44,509 nt of DNA from a phage, in the sequence record PZ049723.1; one strand, written 5' to 3'. Positions 1-10,159 of the stretch are shown here, piece by piece; the first letter of the stretch is position 1, and every line of letters begins with the position of its first letter. The position numbers were made by a program, and so were the translations under genes. A model generated the notes under the pieces. That model was not told the DNA's origin. It saw nothing but the letters and a program-made list of their open reading frames with translations, and made no database searches.

Positions 1-14
1 CAGGAGATGATACC

Positions 15-233
15 ATGAAAACTTTAATTATGATTTGTGCGGTTCTTTTGTCCGGTTGTGCCGACATGCCGTCTAAAATCTGCGACGCAACATACATGAA
101 TAGCGGCATTGATTATGCGGTCCCTGTGTATGGTGTCGCAGACTTCTCCGGGCATAAAATGCTAAGGGCGGGTTATCCGTTTAGCTTCCAGTACGTGTCG
201 GTAGACCATTTCAAAAACACCACCTGCGAATAA
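15..233 (+). CDS. Putative secreted lipoprotein; candidate receptor-blocking superinfection-exclusion protein (Cor/Llp-like by position)
   Basis: ATG at 15 with AGGAGA RBS 7 nt upstream; N-terminal signal peptide with lipobox LLSGC; 72 aa; next to the tail-tip genes but on the opposite strand; hairpin terminator follows. Confidence 0.5.
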   Translation: MKTLIMICAVLLSGCADMPSKICDATYMNSGIDYAVPVYGVADFSGHKMLRAGYPFSFQYVSVDHFKNTTCE

Positions 234-253
234 TCCCCGAAAGGGGATTTTCC
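234..253. terminator. Hairpin terminator between convergent genes
   Basis: tcccc-gaaa-gggga stem-loop followed by TTTT on plus strand; lies between plus gene end (233) and minus gene end (254). Confidence 0.5.
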
Positions 254-928
254 TCAGTCGTAGTTGGCAGTGTTAATCGCCATGATTGCGTTGCCGTTAT
301 TCGTATACCCCACCACATCCCCCGTGGCGTTCCCTGACGACGCTGCCGATATACGCGTTCGCGACCCATCAAATCTGGCCCCCGTGTACGCCGTTACCGA
401 TACTACCTGCGGCTGGCCCTGCACAAAAAACCGGATCAGCGTAGACCCCAATATGCCCGGTGCGACGGCGTAGCTGCCGTTTAGCGTCTGGTCAATGTTA
501 ATCCCCCCGTTAGCGCCAGGCGATCCGACGGTAACTAAATCGCTTAATACGCGACTCTCATTAGTAAGCACTAGCTTCCCCGTCTTATCCCAAATAGCGA
601 AGCCCCACCGCGGAAGGGTCTGTGGGAATATGGCAAAGATGTAAGCCGTCATAGTGAAGCCTTTCCCGAATGGATTGCTGGCGCTCACCTTCACCACATT
701 ACCAACGCGAGAAGACCCTACGACGGTCGGCTGGGCGGTGTGCGTAGTTTTCACAAACGCTATTGCAGGGTAGTCACCGCCCAAATTAATATCGGCAGCC
801 GCCGACTGCGCAGTGCCGTTAGCCGAAGACCCAACAACCACACGGCGGAATAGACAAAACGGCGTCGATTCTGGCGTGATAAACGGGTTGCCGTTTGGTA
901 AGTCAATCAACGCGCCGTAATTAGCCAT
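254..928 (-). CDS. Hypothetical protein downstream of J-like gene (tail-associated by position)
   Basis: 224-aa ORF, ATG at 928 overlapping stop of upstream gene; Gly/Ser/Thr/Asn-rich; no motif recognised. Confidence 0.5.
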   Translation of the reverse strand: MANYGALIDLPNGNPFITPESTPFCLFRRVVVGSSANGTAQSAAADINLGGDYPAIAFVKTTHTAQPTVVGSSRVGNVVKVSASNPFGKGFTMTAYIFAIFPQTLPRWGFAIWDKTGKLVLTNESRVLSDLVTVGSPGANGGINIDQTLNGSYAVAPGILGSTLIRFFVQGQPQVVSVTAYTGARFDGSRTRISAASSGNATGDVVGYTNNGNAIMAINTANYD

Positions 929-1230
929 TAAGCTCGCTCCACAAAAACAATAACGTCACATTCAGATGCGGAGTAAACCCCGCCACCTACCGCACTTGCC
1001 GCGGAAACCGTGATAGTGTTCCCGCTGGCGGTTATTCTGCGTCCTGGCCCGACCGCGCCTTTATCCAGTGCGACCACGTATCCGACCTTCATCCCCGCCG
1101 GTACTGGGAACGACCACGCGCCTGATTTTTGTCCTTCCGCAAGATGAATCCTTCCGATCACGCTTACCGGTTTAATGCCGTAGTTGTTTGGGCGTCCTTG
1201 CGCGTCCCACGTTGCGATACCGAATGCCAT
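928..1230 (-). CDS. Hypothetical protein (tail-associated by position)
   Basis: 100-aa ORF, ATG at 1230 with GAGG RBS; follows J-like gene after a hairpin. Confidence 0.5.
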   Translation of the reverse strand: MAFGIATWDAQGRPNNYGIKPVSVIGRIHLAEGQKSGAWSFPVPAGMKVGYVVALDKGAVGPGRRITASGNTITVSAASAVGGGVYSASECDVIVFVERA

Positions 1231-1242
1231 AAATAACCTCGT

Positions 1243-1263
1243 TAAAAAGGGGCCAAAGCCCCT
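1243..1263 (-). terminator. Rho-independent terminator-like hairpin after J-like gene
   Basis: aggggc-caaa-gcccct stem; on minus strand followed by TTTTTAAC. Confidence 0.45.
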
Positions 1264-1266
1264 ATA

Positions 1267-4200
1267 CTACCAGCGACCAGTAAGCTCGCCAATTTGCACG
1301 CGTAAAACACCGTTCGCGTCTTTAACGCTGTAGTTGGTGTTGGTCTGCTTTGTACCACCACCGCTTCCAGTACCCAGGTTGATAAACGTCCCGTCTTTGC
1401 CTAAGCGCCATCCGCGCGTGCTGCCGTCGAAGTTATTCGATTGCAGCGTGTCTGTGATCTGCGCGAAGTTGATGGACGCGTTCTTGATGCGCGCCGTGTC
1501 AATATACACCTGCCCTCCGTCAACGATAAACGCGGACGAAAGCGACCCATTAGATGGGTGCATGATGTAGAACTGGTCGGCTTTGAATGCGATACGAGAT
1601 TTAACCGCGCTGCCAGACGTCACAACGGAAAGCTGCATACCGGCGTCATAGTAAGTCCCGTTATACGTCACGCCAGCCTTAAGGCTGTAAGTGGCGCTAC
1701 CTCCAGAGTGGTTAAACGAAGACGTCATCTTCTGCTCGATAGCCGCGGACTGCTGACCAAACTGCGCCGCGACCTGGGTCTTATACTCCGCCAGCGCGCC
1801 CGCTACGTCTGCCGTTGCCGTTTGTACCTGCTGGATAGCGGCTTCCTGTTCCGAAAACTTAGCGGCAACAGTTTGCTGGTACTGGGCGAACGCTTGTTCC
1901 TGCGTACTCTGCGCTGTCTGCAACGTGTGGATTGCCGCTTCAGCATCGTCAAGGCGAGTACCGATCAACGTTTCCAGTTGCGCTACCGCCTGGTGGGCCT
2001 CTGCCGCCACGTTATACGCGACCGAGATTTCTGCATAAATCCCCTTGTACTCGGCACGGGCGTTAAACAACTGCTGCGCGTCGGTGAGCATAGCCTCATA
2101 AATGCCTTGCGGCATGGTGTCGATCGCTTCCTGGAAGCGTTTACCATCTTCGGAAGTCAGGAACTCGTCATCAAGCCCCTTCATATACTCGTCAACATTG
2201 TCACTCACCTGCCCTTCAAACGGGGCAGACCAGTCCGATAGGTTGCCGATTTTATCCGCTACACGGGCGCGTAACTGCTGATAGATGCCGAACTCCAGCG
2301 ACGTTTGCGCATACTCCGACCCAGGATATGGGACGTTGGTTAAGAACTTCCATTCCGTTTCACCGGTCTTGCGCACTTCAAGCTCGGTGTACGAAATATC
2401 CGTCGCGGCGTTGTTGTGGTTCCACTTCCACAAAATCTGGTGAAGGCCCGAAATCGCGTTAGTGATGATAGGCGCGTTAAGCCCACCGAGACGACCTTCT
2501 ATCGGCGTGATGGCAGACGACACCCACGGGGATGAAATCTCGCCCATACCGATTGCGCGGACGCGTGCCTGGTAGTTACCGGAGAACACGTTAGGGATGT
2601 GCGCGCCGTTCGATGCCGTGCGGGGGATGTTCACCCAGTCGTTACCCCACTGGATTTCCATATTCTGCAAGCTGGTACGTCGCCACTGGATTTCATACAC
2701 CACGGCATCCTTCACCGGAGGGAATACAATATCCACGTTGGTGATTAGCTGGCCTTGCGATGAGATCTGCGACGGGGTGATGGTAACGGATTCCGGCCCC
2801 TTCATTACACCGTCTGGCACTTGCGTAAAGATGCCTGGGTCTAGGCGCGCGCCATTATCAACGGCATCATATTTGCTATCGTTGTATTCAATCCCGCGCA
2901 CCGAAAAAGTGCTGGTAGAGTCGTCATACTCCAGGTCGGTGATGCGGAATTTCTGCAACTGGATATCATCGCCATCAACGCAAAATGGTTGATCTGGAAT
3001 CGGGTCTGCATCCAGCGCGGTTTTTAGCGTAACCTTGTTGCCGTTGACGCTGGCGATCTCGCGAGTCTCCACATTACCGCTATCGGTGCGTACCAGGAAT
3101 TTATCACCGGGGCGGAACGTGATTTCGCTGTCTGTGTTCAGCACAGTCCGCGTGCCTGGATCTGACAACAGGCGACCGCCGCGGATCTCGAATCCGCCAG
3201 AAATATTAGTATCTGCGATCGCGACTACGCTACCGGGAATAAAGAATAACCCCTCCATGCCAACCTTAAAGCTAACTTGCTGGTCAAGCTGGTTGGAGAT
3301 TAGCGCCCAGTGCCCCCGGCGTTGCGCTTCTGATTCACGTGTACAGCCGATCGCCGTAATATCCAGACGGTTAATCTTATGGCGGCGTACCAGTTCGACA
3401 CGCTGCCCCGTAGCAATGGCATCTTCATAGTGGTTCTTCGGGTTGCCGTATGCTACCGCGAAAGTGGAGTACCGCGTTTTCTGGCTGCCAGATGCGTAGT
3501 CGAATCGACCATCAATAACCGAGGCGTTGGTGATAGTGTGCGACACTGCTGCGACAGGTTGGTCACTGACGATATTCAACATCTGGTTTCCCCACCAGGT
3601 CATCCCGGCGAAGATGGCAGCTAAATCCTTAAGCACGGTCCAGGCGTCTGTCTGCGACTGGATGTACATATCATTCTTAAATCTGATTTCCCGTCCGCCG
3701 TTGCCGTCGCTGACCAACTGATCGCAGCGCTGCGCGATCTGGTAGAGCGCGTACCGGTTCAGCATTTGCGGTTTGATCCGGCGACCGAGGCCGAAGCGCT
3801 CAGTAATACAAATATCGTACCAGTGCCACGCAGGGTTATCAGTCCATGCGCGTTTAAACGTGCCGTCCCAGTCCCCGGAATAGGTATGATTAATCGGGTC
3901 ATAGTTGTTCGGCACCAGCACTTTACGCCCTTTGCACTTGATGGACACGCGCGGGATGTTCTGGAACGCTTTGGCGTCGAACTCCACGAACAACAGCGCG
4001 GTTAGCGGGTATCGCAGGCGGGCGTCGATAATCTCAGTGATGGATTGCACCCGGATATCATTAACCACTTTCGCCGATGTGGAGTCTGCCGTTATGCGGT
4101 GCACCTCCACGCGCCAGCCGGTGTTAACGTTCGGCGGTAGCTCGATGCGGTGATCGCGCTCGTATAGCGACATTGTTTTACCAACGGCAGCGAAGGTAAA

Positions 4201-4686
4201 CTCACGCGGGTCGGCGTTATCCGTATACACAACGATCTTATAGTCGATGCGCCCGCCCACCAGGTCGCCATTATCTTCGCTAGTGTACAGGGCCGGAATG
4301 CCGATTCGAATGCGCACGGCGTCAAGACTGGTGTCATTAATCTGGCGCACCCACGGCGTGCCGTTTTCCAGTTTTACGCCGACTGACTGCTCACTTTCCA
4401 CCGCTGAAAATCCGTGGATCACATCCTGGTGCTGTGTGCCGGGGCGGAACTCCACGCGCGCGCCGGGGAAGTTTTCCGACAGGTCGGCGTTCTGGATCGG
4501 TGTTCCGTCCAGATATACGCGCTGCCGTAATTCGCTGGCGCTGGTAATACTTTCGAATTCACCTTCCCCCAGCGCAAGCAAGATGCGGATTTTAGCCAGG
4601 GAATGCAGGCTATCCGGCGTTTCCTGCGGGGTGTGCTGTTTGCCGCCGCCGCCTTTATGGCCCGTGACGTCGTAGATAATCGTCAT
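1267..4686 (-). CDS. Tail tip / host specificity protein (lambda J-like central tail fibre)
   Basis: 1139-aa ORF, ATG at 4686 overlapping (ATGA) the upstream gene; size and position after I/K/L-like genes are typical of J; fibronectin-like middle region. Confidence 0.85.
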   Translation of the reverse strand: MTIIYDVTGHKGGGGKQHTPQETPDSLHSLAKIRILLALGEGEFESITSASELRQRVYLDGTPIQNADLSENFPGARVEFRPGTQHQDVIHGFSAVESEQSVGVKLENGTPWVRQINDTSLDAVRIRIGIPALYTSEDNGDLVGGRIDYKIVVYTDNADPREFTFAAVGKTMSLYERDHRIELPPNVNTGWRVEVHRITADSTSAKVVNDIRVQSITEIIDARLRYPLTALLFVEFDAKAFQNIPRVSIKCKGRKVLVPNNYDPINHTYSGDWDGTFKRAWTDNPAWHWYDICITERFGLGRRIKPQMLNRYALYQIAQRCDQLVSDGNGGREIRFKNDMYIQSQTDAWTVLKDLAAIFAGMTWWGNQMLNIVSDQPVAAVSHTITNASVIDGRFDYASGSQKTRYSTFAVAYGNPKNHYEDAIATGQRVELVRRHKINRLDITAIGCTRESEAQRRGHWALISNQLDQQVSFKVGMEGLFFIPGSVVAIADTNISGGFEIRGGRLLSDPGTRTVLNTDSEITFRPGDKFLVRTDSGNVETREIASVNGNKVTLKTALDADPIPDQPFCVDGDDIQLQKFRITDLEYDDSTSTFSVRGIEYNDSKYDAVDNGARLDPGIFTQVPDGVMKGPESVTITPSQISSQGQLITNVDIVFPPVKDAVVYEIQWRRTSLQNMEIQWGNDWVNIPRTASNGAHIPNVFSGNYQARVRAIGMGEISSPWVSSAITPIEGRLGGLNAPIITNAISGLHQILWKWNHNNAATDISYTELEVRKTGETEWKFLTNVPYPGSEYAQTSLEFGIYQQLRARVADKIGNLSDWSAPFEGQVSDNVDEYMKGLDDEFLTSEDGKRFQEAIDTMPQGIYEAMLTDAQQLFNARAEYKGIYAEISVAYNVAAEAHQAVAQLETLIGTRLDDAEAAIHTLQTAQSTQEQAFAQYQQTVAAKFSEQEAAIQQVQTATADVAGALAEYKTQVAAQFGQQSAAIEQKMTSSFNHSGGSATYSLKAGVTYNGTYYDAGMQLSVVTSGSAVKSRIAFKADQFYIMHPSNGSLSSAFIVDGGQVYIDTARIKNASINFAQITDTLQSNNFDGSTRGWRLGKDGTFINLGTGSGGGTKQTNTNYSVKDANGVLRVQIGELTGRW

Positions 4687-5300
4687 TCGTTCAAGTCCTC
4701 GGTTACGATTCCGGCAGAAATAATAGCGCCGCCGATCTCACGCTCGCCCCATAATACACCAAGTGCCGTGCCTTGCGCGGTCGTGTTCACAGGCCCGCCG
4801 AACGCGTACGACGCCTTGTTATCAACGTCCTGCCGTGTCTGCAATCCCTTCGGTTGCGGAGACAGCAATTGCATAACGCCCCCCAGCGCCATCGACATCC
4901 CGAACGAAAACGTCGCTGCGCCGATAGAGGCCGCGGTTGCCGCTGAAGCTCCAAAAGCGGCAGTCGCAAGCCCGCCGGTATAGAACGACGCCACCACGAT
5001 TGCTACACCCGCCAGCAATTGGCCCAGTCCGCTTTTTGCACCAGTCATAACCGGCGCGATGGTCACTACGCGATTGCCGTGGAACTCGCCTAGCTCATCG
5101 TAGCCGGTCAGAGTGTGATTGCCCTTGCGCACTTTGAACATCATGTTGTCCAGGTGGGCCGACATTAGAAAGTCCTGTAAGCCGGGTAACTTCACGCACA
5201 GGCCGGTGATACCCTCGCCCGGTGTGAAGCAGTCCAGCTTATGCACTTTACCAAAACGACGTCCTAAGACGCCGTACAATTTAAATGTGGTCATTGCCAT
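4683..5300 (-). CDS. Tail assembly protein I-like
   Basis: 205 aa; C-terminal Gly/Ala-rich hydrophobic segment; position between K-like and J-like genes. Confidence 0.65.
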   Translation of the reverse strand: MAMTTFKLYGVLGRRFGKVHKLDCFTPGEGITGLCVKLPGLQDFLMSAHLDNMMFKVRKGNHTLTGYDELGEFHGNRVVTIAPVMTGAKSGLGQLLAGVAIVVASFYTGGLATAAFGASAATAASIGAATFSFGMSMALGGVMQLLSPQPKGLQTRQDVDNKASYAFGGPVNTTAQGTALGVLWGEREIGGAIISAGIVTEDLNE

Positions 5301-6031
5301 TCTGTGATATTCCCCGGTAGGTCTTTATGACGTACCCATTTAACCACATTGTCGCGGAAAAATCCTGCCCGGAAGGGTATCACGCTCGACAGGCTGCCGT
5401 AGATATGGTGTAGTAGTTGGTTGCCCGGAAGGTAGATTCCGGCATGGTTAGGCACTGGCGCGCTAATCTGCATGATGACCATCGCCCCCGGCGTATTCTC
5501 CTCACACTCCCGGAAGCCCGCGCTATACCAATTGTCCATATACAGGTTTTCGCCTGTCTCCCACCAGTTATACGGAACACGGAAGTCTGGCAGGTTTACG
5601 CCCTGCTTTTTATGCCAGTCCATAACGAGGCCATAACAATCCGTAATTCCGAGAACAAATCGGCGACCCACCAGCGGCGGGTCTTCCGGGTCGATCTCGA
5701 TAAAGTCGCCATATTCGTTAGTGATGGTCCAGACGACGCCGCTGCCGTTGCATCCGTTAACGTCGCCCAATGACGGGGTTAGCTCGCGCTGGCCCGGATG
5801 CGAGTGGACTACGCGCACGACGTCGCCCATATCCTCGGCATCCATCCAGGCCATATCACTAATCGTGAACGCGTCTTTGCGTGAGCGCACGCCGGTCGGG
5901 TCTTCGAATACGTTAACGCACGGGATAAAAACTTGCTTACGGCCCACCATGACAACCAGGCCGCAGGCTTCTTCCGGCAGACATGCCGCGACGTGTGCGG
6001 CGATATCGCTTTTAACCTTTTTCGTTAACAT
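5291..6031 (-). CDS. Tail assembly protein K-like (JAB/MPN plus NlpC/P60-like domains)
   Basis: Contains VVHSHPG (JAB-type HxH) and a downstream TDCYGL Cys motif; track ORF starts at GTG 6037, ATG at 6031 has AAGGGG RBS. Confidence 0.7.
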   Translation of the reverse strand: MLTKKVKSDIAAHVAACLPEEACGLVVMVGRKQVFIPCVNVFEDPTGVRSRKDAFTISDMAWMDAEDMGDVVRVVHSHPGQRELTPSLGDVNGCNGSGVVWTITNEYGDFIEIDPEDPPLVGRRFVLGITDCYGLVMDWHKKQGVNLPDFRVPYNWWETGENLYMDNWYSAGFRECEENTPGAMVIMQISAPVPNHAGIYLPGNQLLHHIYGSLSSVIPFRAGFFRDNVVKWVRHKDLPGNITEWQ

Positions 6032-6033
6032 GG

Positions 6034-6822
6034 TCACCCCTTGATTAATTTGGACCCAGGAAAACCACCGAAGTCCAGCACCGCAGCTTTAGGGTCCGCA
6101 AGCCCTTGCCCGAAACGAAGATAGCAGTCGGATAGACAGCCTCCGCATCGGTCCATATTCATCGCAATTACTTCATTACCCCGCTCGTCGTAATACTTGA
6201 TCCCAGGCTTCGCAAGGTTCCATGTGCACCCGTCCCCGCTGGCGTACTTCCCGTTGAGCGCCCATTCGCACATATTCATGATTTGGCGACGGGGAACGAC
6301 CTGCCCTTCCATATCCGCGGGTGAGGATAGTGCGAAGGTGATTTGCTTTCCCGGATTGCGCCCGACCTGCGAGTCGATGTAATACTCCTGGACTCGTTTC
6401 TGCGTCGGGTCTGGGTCTGTCCCGTTGTCCAGGAACTTCGCGAACGTATCAATGATCTCAACCTTCGCCCCCAGTAGCTGGTCGTGGTTCAGCGACAGCC
6501 TGGTGATTATGCCGCCAATATCGACAATGGTCAGCTGCGGTTCCGCTGCCGTTGACGTGGAGAAGTTGAGGCCGGACAAATCAAAGGGCCAAAATTCGAA
6601 CTCCTGCCCGCCGAAGAAGATGGATTTAGGCTTCAGCTTGTCCTCGTCACCCCCAGCGGCAGCAATATCCTCGGCAGTGTGTGGTATAAAGCAGTAATGA
6701 AAATAGTGGTGGCCCGCGCCGATCGCACCGTCTCCTGGTTCCACGTCCTGCGCGTCAATGTGAATCAGGCGAACGCGGCCCGATGGGTCAAAGCGCGTCG
6801 CCTCACGATATAATTTATTCAT
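6034..6822 (-). CDS. Minor tail protein L-like
   Basis: 262 aa; C-terminal Cys cluster (CGGCLSDC) as in lambda gpL; position between M-like and K-like genes. Confidence 0.65.
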   Translation of the reverse strand: MNKLYREATRFDPSGRVRLIHIDAQDVEPGDGAIGAGHHYFHYCFIPHTAEDIAAAGGDEDKLKPKSIFFGGQEFEFWPFDLSGLNFSTSTAAEPQLTIVDIGGIITRLSLNHDQLLGAKVEIIDTFAKFLDNGTDPDPTQKRVQEYYIDSQVGRNPGKQITFALSSPADMEGQVVPRRQIMNMCEWALNGKYASGDGCTWNLAKPGIKYYDERGNEVIAMNMDRCGGCLSDCYLRFGQGLADPKAAVLDFGGFPGSKLIKG

Positions 6823-7418
6823 CTTACAAACCCGATAGCAGTCTTAAGGGTGGCGGATACCGTTGCCGTGTAGTGTCCGTTGTCAGTGTACGACAAGCTC
6901 GAGCGCTCGACCACGAATAAACCTGTTTCTCCATCCGGCGCGGTGACGACAAACGGCTTGACGAAGTGCCCGCGAAGGAAGTTGTAAACCAGTTTAGGGT
7001 TGCACCACTTGTCGGTAGTCAGTCCTATGAATTGCACGGGGAACTGTTTCGTTTCGGCGTTCGGGCCGTCCGCAATGTTCTGTCCGTAACCGTTACCGAA
7101 TTGCAATTCCTCGGACCGGAAAGCCAACTGCACGTCTCCGCCGCCTTGCAATTGCATGTGCCAGTAATAGGGCCATTCGTTTGATCGCGGGTCGTGTGCT
7201 TCGATTAGCTCATATACCGCACCGGATTTCGTTGGCCCGGCCCAGTTATCCACCAGAGTGATGACGGTGTTAGAGTTGAATGCCGCAATTTTTCCGGTGT
7301 AGTCGTTGCCGTCGATGCTGGCGAATACGCGTACCTTCCCGATCTCGCTCAAGAACGCCGTCCCAGCGCCCGTGACGGTCTTACTTCCTTTCGTTAGTGT
7401 GATTGTACCTTGTGACAT
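6819..7418 (-). CDS. Minor tail protein (gpM position)
   Basis: ORF immediately after tape measure; ATG at 7418 preceded by GGGGG RBS; an upstream in-frame ATG at 7457 overlaps the tape-measure stop (ATGA) and is an alternative start. Confidence 0.5.
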   Translation of the reverse strand: MSQGTITLTKGSKTVTGAGTAFLSEIGKVRVFASIDGNDYTGKIAAFNSNTVITLVDNWAGPTKSGAVYELIEAHDPRSNEWPYYWHMQLQGGGDVQLAFRSEELQFGNGYGQNIADGPNAETKQFPVQFIGLTTDKWCNPKLVYNFLRGHFVKPFVVTAPDGETGLFVVERSSLSYTDNGHYTATVSATLKTAIGFVR

Positions 7419-7453
7419 AAAAAAGCCCCCACGCTGTAGTGAGGGCCATTTTA

Positions 7454-10096
7454 TCATCGTTTGTAAAGTACACCACCCGGTTTCGTTGCCTTCACGATCT
7501 CGGCCTTGACCGCCTCGGTGATTTGCTTACCGAACGCCTGCGCTGTGCGTGGGTCTGGGCCGCTCACACTGGTGTCTGTTTTACCGGCCCCCGTGTAAAC
7601 GTTAGTCGTCACGACCATACCACCGCCTGCCCCCGACGCGGCAACGCCAAGTTTCCCGTCCGGCCCGCGCTTCAGTGGCATGATGGCCTCGGGTCCCGCC
7701 TCACCCATCAATCCTGCGCCCTTAGCGAACGCCTGGACGCCATAACTGAAAAAGGTAGGCTGGCTTACCACTTTCCCCGAATAGGCCGCCAGATTGCCTC
7801 CTGCGTACGCTCCGCCGTCCGCATTCTTAGTGAGGCCCGAGAAGATAGCGCCGAACAATCCGTTTTTGCCGCCGTCACCACCGAAAGCGCTAACAATCGA
7901 CTTGAACGCCTGCGAGGTAGCCAGCTTGATTAACTCGCTCAGGATGGACTTAACCATATCCTTTGCGTTCAGCTTGCCAGTCTCGAAAAACTCGTTCATC
8001 GTGTCCTGCATAGCGCCGAACGTGAATTTTGTGAGTGACGTCATCTGCGTGTAGCCGTTACCCATTTCATCCACGCTATCCTTAAGCCCACGGCTGAATC
8101 CATCCCATAGTGAGGCGTTAGCACCGGTCTGTGCTTCCTGCACTTCGCGCAGTTTAGACACCGCCAGATCAATATCGGTATCACTAGCGCCCACCCGCTT
8201 AAGGCGGTCAATTAGCTGCAATTCTTCGCGCAGGTTAGCCGCTTCGCGAGTGGAAAGCGCATAGCCCGCCGCGGTGGCTTTTAGCTCGGCGTTCTGGTTC
8301 TTAACGAAGGCGTCGATCTGCGCGTGCGCCTTGACCTGCTTCTCTTTCGCGTCCAGCAATTTGGCTTCTTCGACGATCTGCTCGCGGACTTCCTTCACGC
8401 GCCCGAACTCGACTAATTGCTGCTTCTCTGCTGCCGTTAGTGCTCTTTCTTTGCTCGCAGCGATTAACTGCTCGTTGTCGGCAATCAGCTTGTTAAGGGC
8501 CGCTTGCGCGCGTTGCGTTCGGGTCTGCGTCGATGCGTTGGCTTCGATCTGCTTTCCAGACTCACGAAGCTGGGCTAATTCGCTTCGCGCGACTTCCAGC
8601 ATTTTCAGCCCTGCATCGACTCGAACAGCGGCGGCCTTCTTCGGGGCGGGGTCTTTGTAACGCTCGTTTACCTGCTTCACCGCCTCGGCAAGCTCTTTCT
8701 CGTCAATCACGCCGCGCTTATTCAGCAAATTGAGGCGGGCGATCTCGTCGGCTCGCCGCTTCGCGTTGGTTGCGTACTCCTTCTCGAACGCGGCGCGGTC
8801 GCGGGCGGTGCGGTTGGCCTCTTCGTTCGCCTTTGCTGCTTCGTCCGCGGCACTTGCGTTGTCCCGTTCGGCACGGTTGCGCAGGGTGAGCGACGCCACT
8901 ACTTTTTCCTGGGCGACCAGTTCGCTGTAAAGCATGTTAATACGCGCTTTCTGCGCTTCGGTCATCACCCCACCGGCAGCGTTTACCGCTTTCATCTCGG
9001 CATAGTAAGCCGTGGTCAGTCGCTGCAATGATTCACGCGCTTTCATCTCTGACTCATTCGAGGACTGCGCGCGTCCAACATCCAGGATGGCATCCCACAT
9101 AGATTTCGCTGCCGATGTGACGATGTTCATCGACCGCTCGAGCGTTCCCATGTTGGACTTAATATCGTTGGTCATGGTGGTGAACGACGCCGCGGCTGTT
9201 TTATTAGCCAGCGCCACCGCTTCAGTCTCACGACCCATATCCACCAGGGATTGTACCTGCTGGATCTGCGCTTCGTTTACGACGTGATACTTATCAGCCA
9301 ATGCTCGCAAGCCGCCTACCGGGTCTGTAGACAGCTTCGCCACCGCCGCGACCACATCCTCGATCGGCTGGCTGGACACCTTCGCGAAGTCATTCACTAC
9401 CTTAGCCAGCGTGCCGAAGTCTGCACCCGCTTTCACACCAGCCGCCGCCAGCGCCTGGATTGTGTCACGCGTCTTGCGGAATGACCCGCCCATGCGCTCG
9501 GCGTTCTCTGATAGCACCAGGATCTGGTTTGCCGTTAGGCCGGAAATGTTACCTGACAGCGCCAGCGTCTTGTTAAGCGCTGCGACCTGGTTCTCTGCGC
9601 GGGACGTAATTGCCACCCCTACGCCTAACGTTGCCGTTAGTGCTGCGATGCCGATCCCTACCGGACCGAGGACGCCCGCAACATAACGCAGCGTGTTTCC
9701 CAGTCCGCCAAACGCCCCAGTAAGCTGCGGTAGCTGCTGAAGCATAACGCGGTGGACCGGCATACCCATCTCAAGCGTTACCGCAATATCCTGTAACTGG
9801 AATGCGGCGTTACGCGAGGCAAAGCCCAGGTTTTTGGTCGACATGCCTAACCTGTTGGCGAGTCGCTCCTGTTTCGTCATACCGTCGGCGGCGCGCTGCG
9901 ATTCGTTCGCCAGCTTTTCCATTCCGCCCGCGGCATCACTCGTCACCTTTTTGGATTTGCCGAGGGTGTCGTTTAATTTCTTAACCTTGTTTTCTGTGTT
10001 CTCGGATTTCTGTGCGAAGGAGTCCAGCACAGTATTCGCCGTTCTGATTTGTGCAACATCAGCCTTTAGCGTGATGCCTGCTGCCTGATCTGCCAT
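7454..10096 (-). CDS. Tail tape measure protein
   Basis: 880 aa, Ala/Gln/Glu-rich coiled-coil-like sequence with Gly-rich hydrophobic segments; lies between G/G-T chaperone and minor tail genes; ATG at 10096 with AGGGGA RBS. Confidence 0.85.
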   Translation of the reverse strand: MADQAAGITLKADVAQIRTANTVLDSFAQKSENTENKVKKLNDTLGKSKKVTSDAAGGMEKLANESQRAADGMTKQERLANRLGMSTKNLGFASRNAAFQLQDIAVTLEMGMPVHRVMLQQLPQLTGAFGGLGNTLRYVAGVLGPVGIGIAALTATLGVGVAITSRAENQVAALNKTLALSGNISGLTANQILVLSENAERMGGSFRKTRDTIQALAAAGVKAGADFGTLAKVVNDFAKVSSQPIEDVVAAVAKLSTDPVGGLRALADKYHVVNEAQIQQVQSLVDMGRETEAVALANKTAAASFTTMTNDIKSNMGTLERSMNIVTSAAKSMWDAILDVGRAQSSNESEMKARESLQRLTTAYYAEMKAVNAAGGVMTEAQKARINMLYSELVAQEKVVASLTLRNRAERDNASAADEAAKANEEANRTARDRAAFEKEYATNAKRRADEIARLNLLNKRGVIDEKELAEAVKQVNERYKDPAPKKAAAVRVDAGLKMLEVARSELAQLRESGKQIEANASTQTRTQRAQAALNKLIADNEQLIAASKERALTAAEKQQLVEFGRVKEVREQIVEEAKLLDAKEKQVKAHAQIDAFVKNQNAELKATAAGYALSTREAANLREELQLIDRLKRVGASDTDIDLAVSKLREVQEAQTGANASLWDGFSRGLKDSVDEMGNGYTQMTSLTKFTFGAMQDTMNEFFETGKLNAKDMVKSILSELIKLATSQAFKSIVSAFGGDGGKNGLFGAIFSGLTKNADGGAYAGGNLAAYSGKVVSQPTFFSYGVQAFAKGAGLMGEAGPEAIMPLKRGPDGKLGVAASGAGGGMVVTTNVYTGAGKTDTSVSGPDPRTAQAFGKQITEAVKAEIVKATKPGGVLYKR

Positions 10097-10159
10097 TATG
10101 CAGTCCCCTTTTTTATGCAGTTGCCGATTGACATTGTATCAGCGAATTTAAAACAAACC

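Noticed and set aside
1334-4983. Plus-strand ORFs overlapping the J-like gene (e.g. 1441-2241, 4247-4675, 4603-4983)
   Set aside because: Antisense to the 1139-aa tail-tip gene; Arg/Leu-rich junk-like translations without start context.
7794-9984. Many plus-strand ORFs (60-130 aa) inside the tape-measure gene, e.g. 8274-8660, 8730-8930, 9411-9686
   Set aside because: Antisense to a long, well-supported gene; products are low-complexity Ala/Ser/Arg-rich; no RBS. Typical frame artefacts of GC-rich, repetitive coding sequence.
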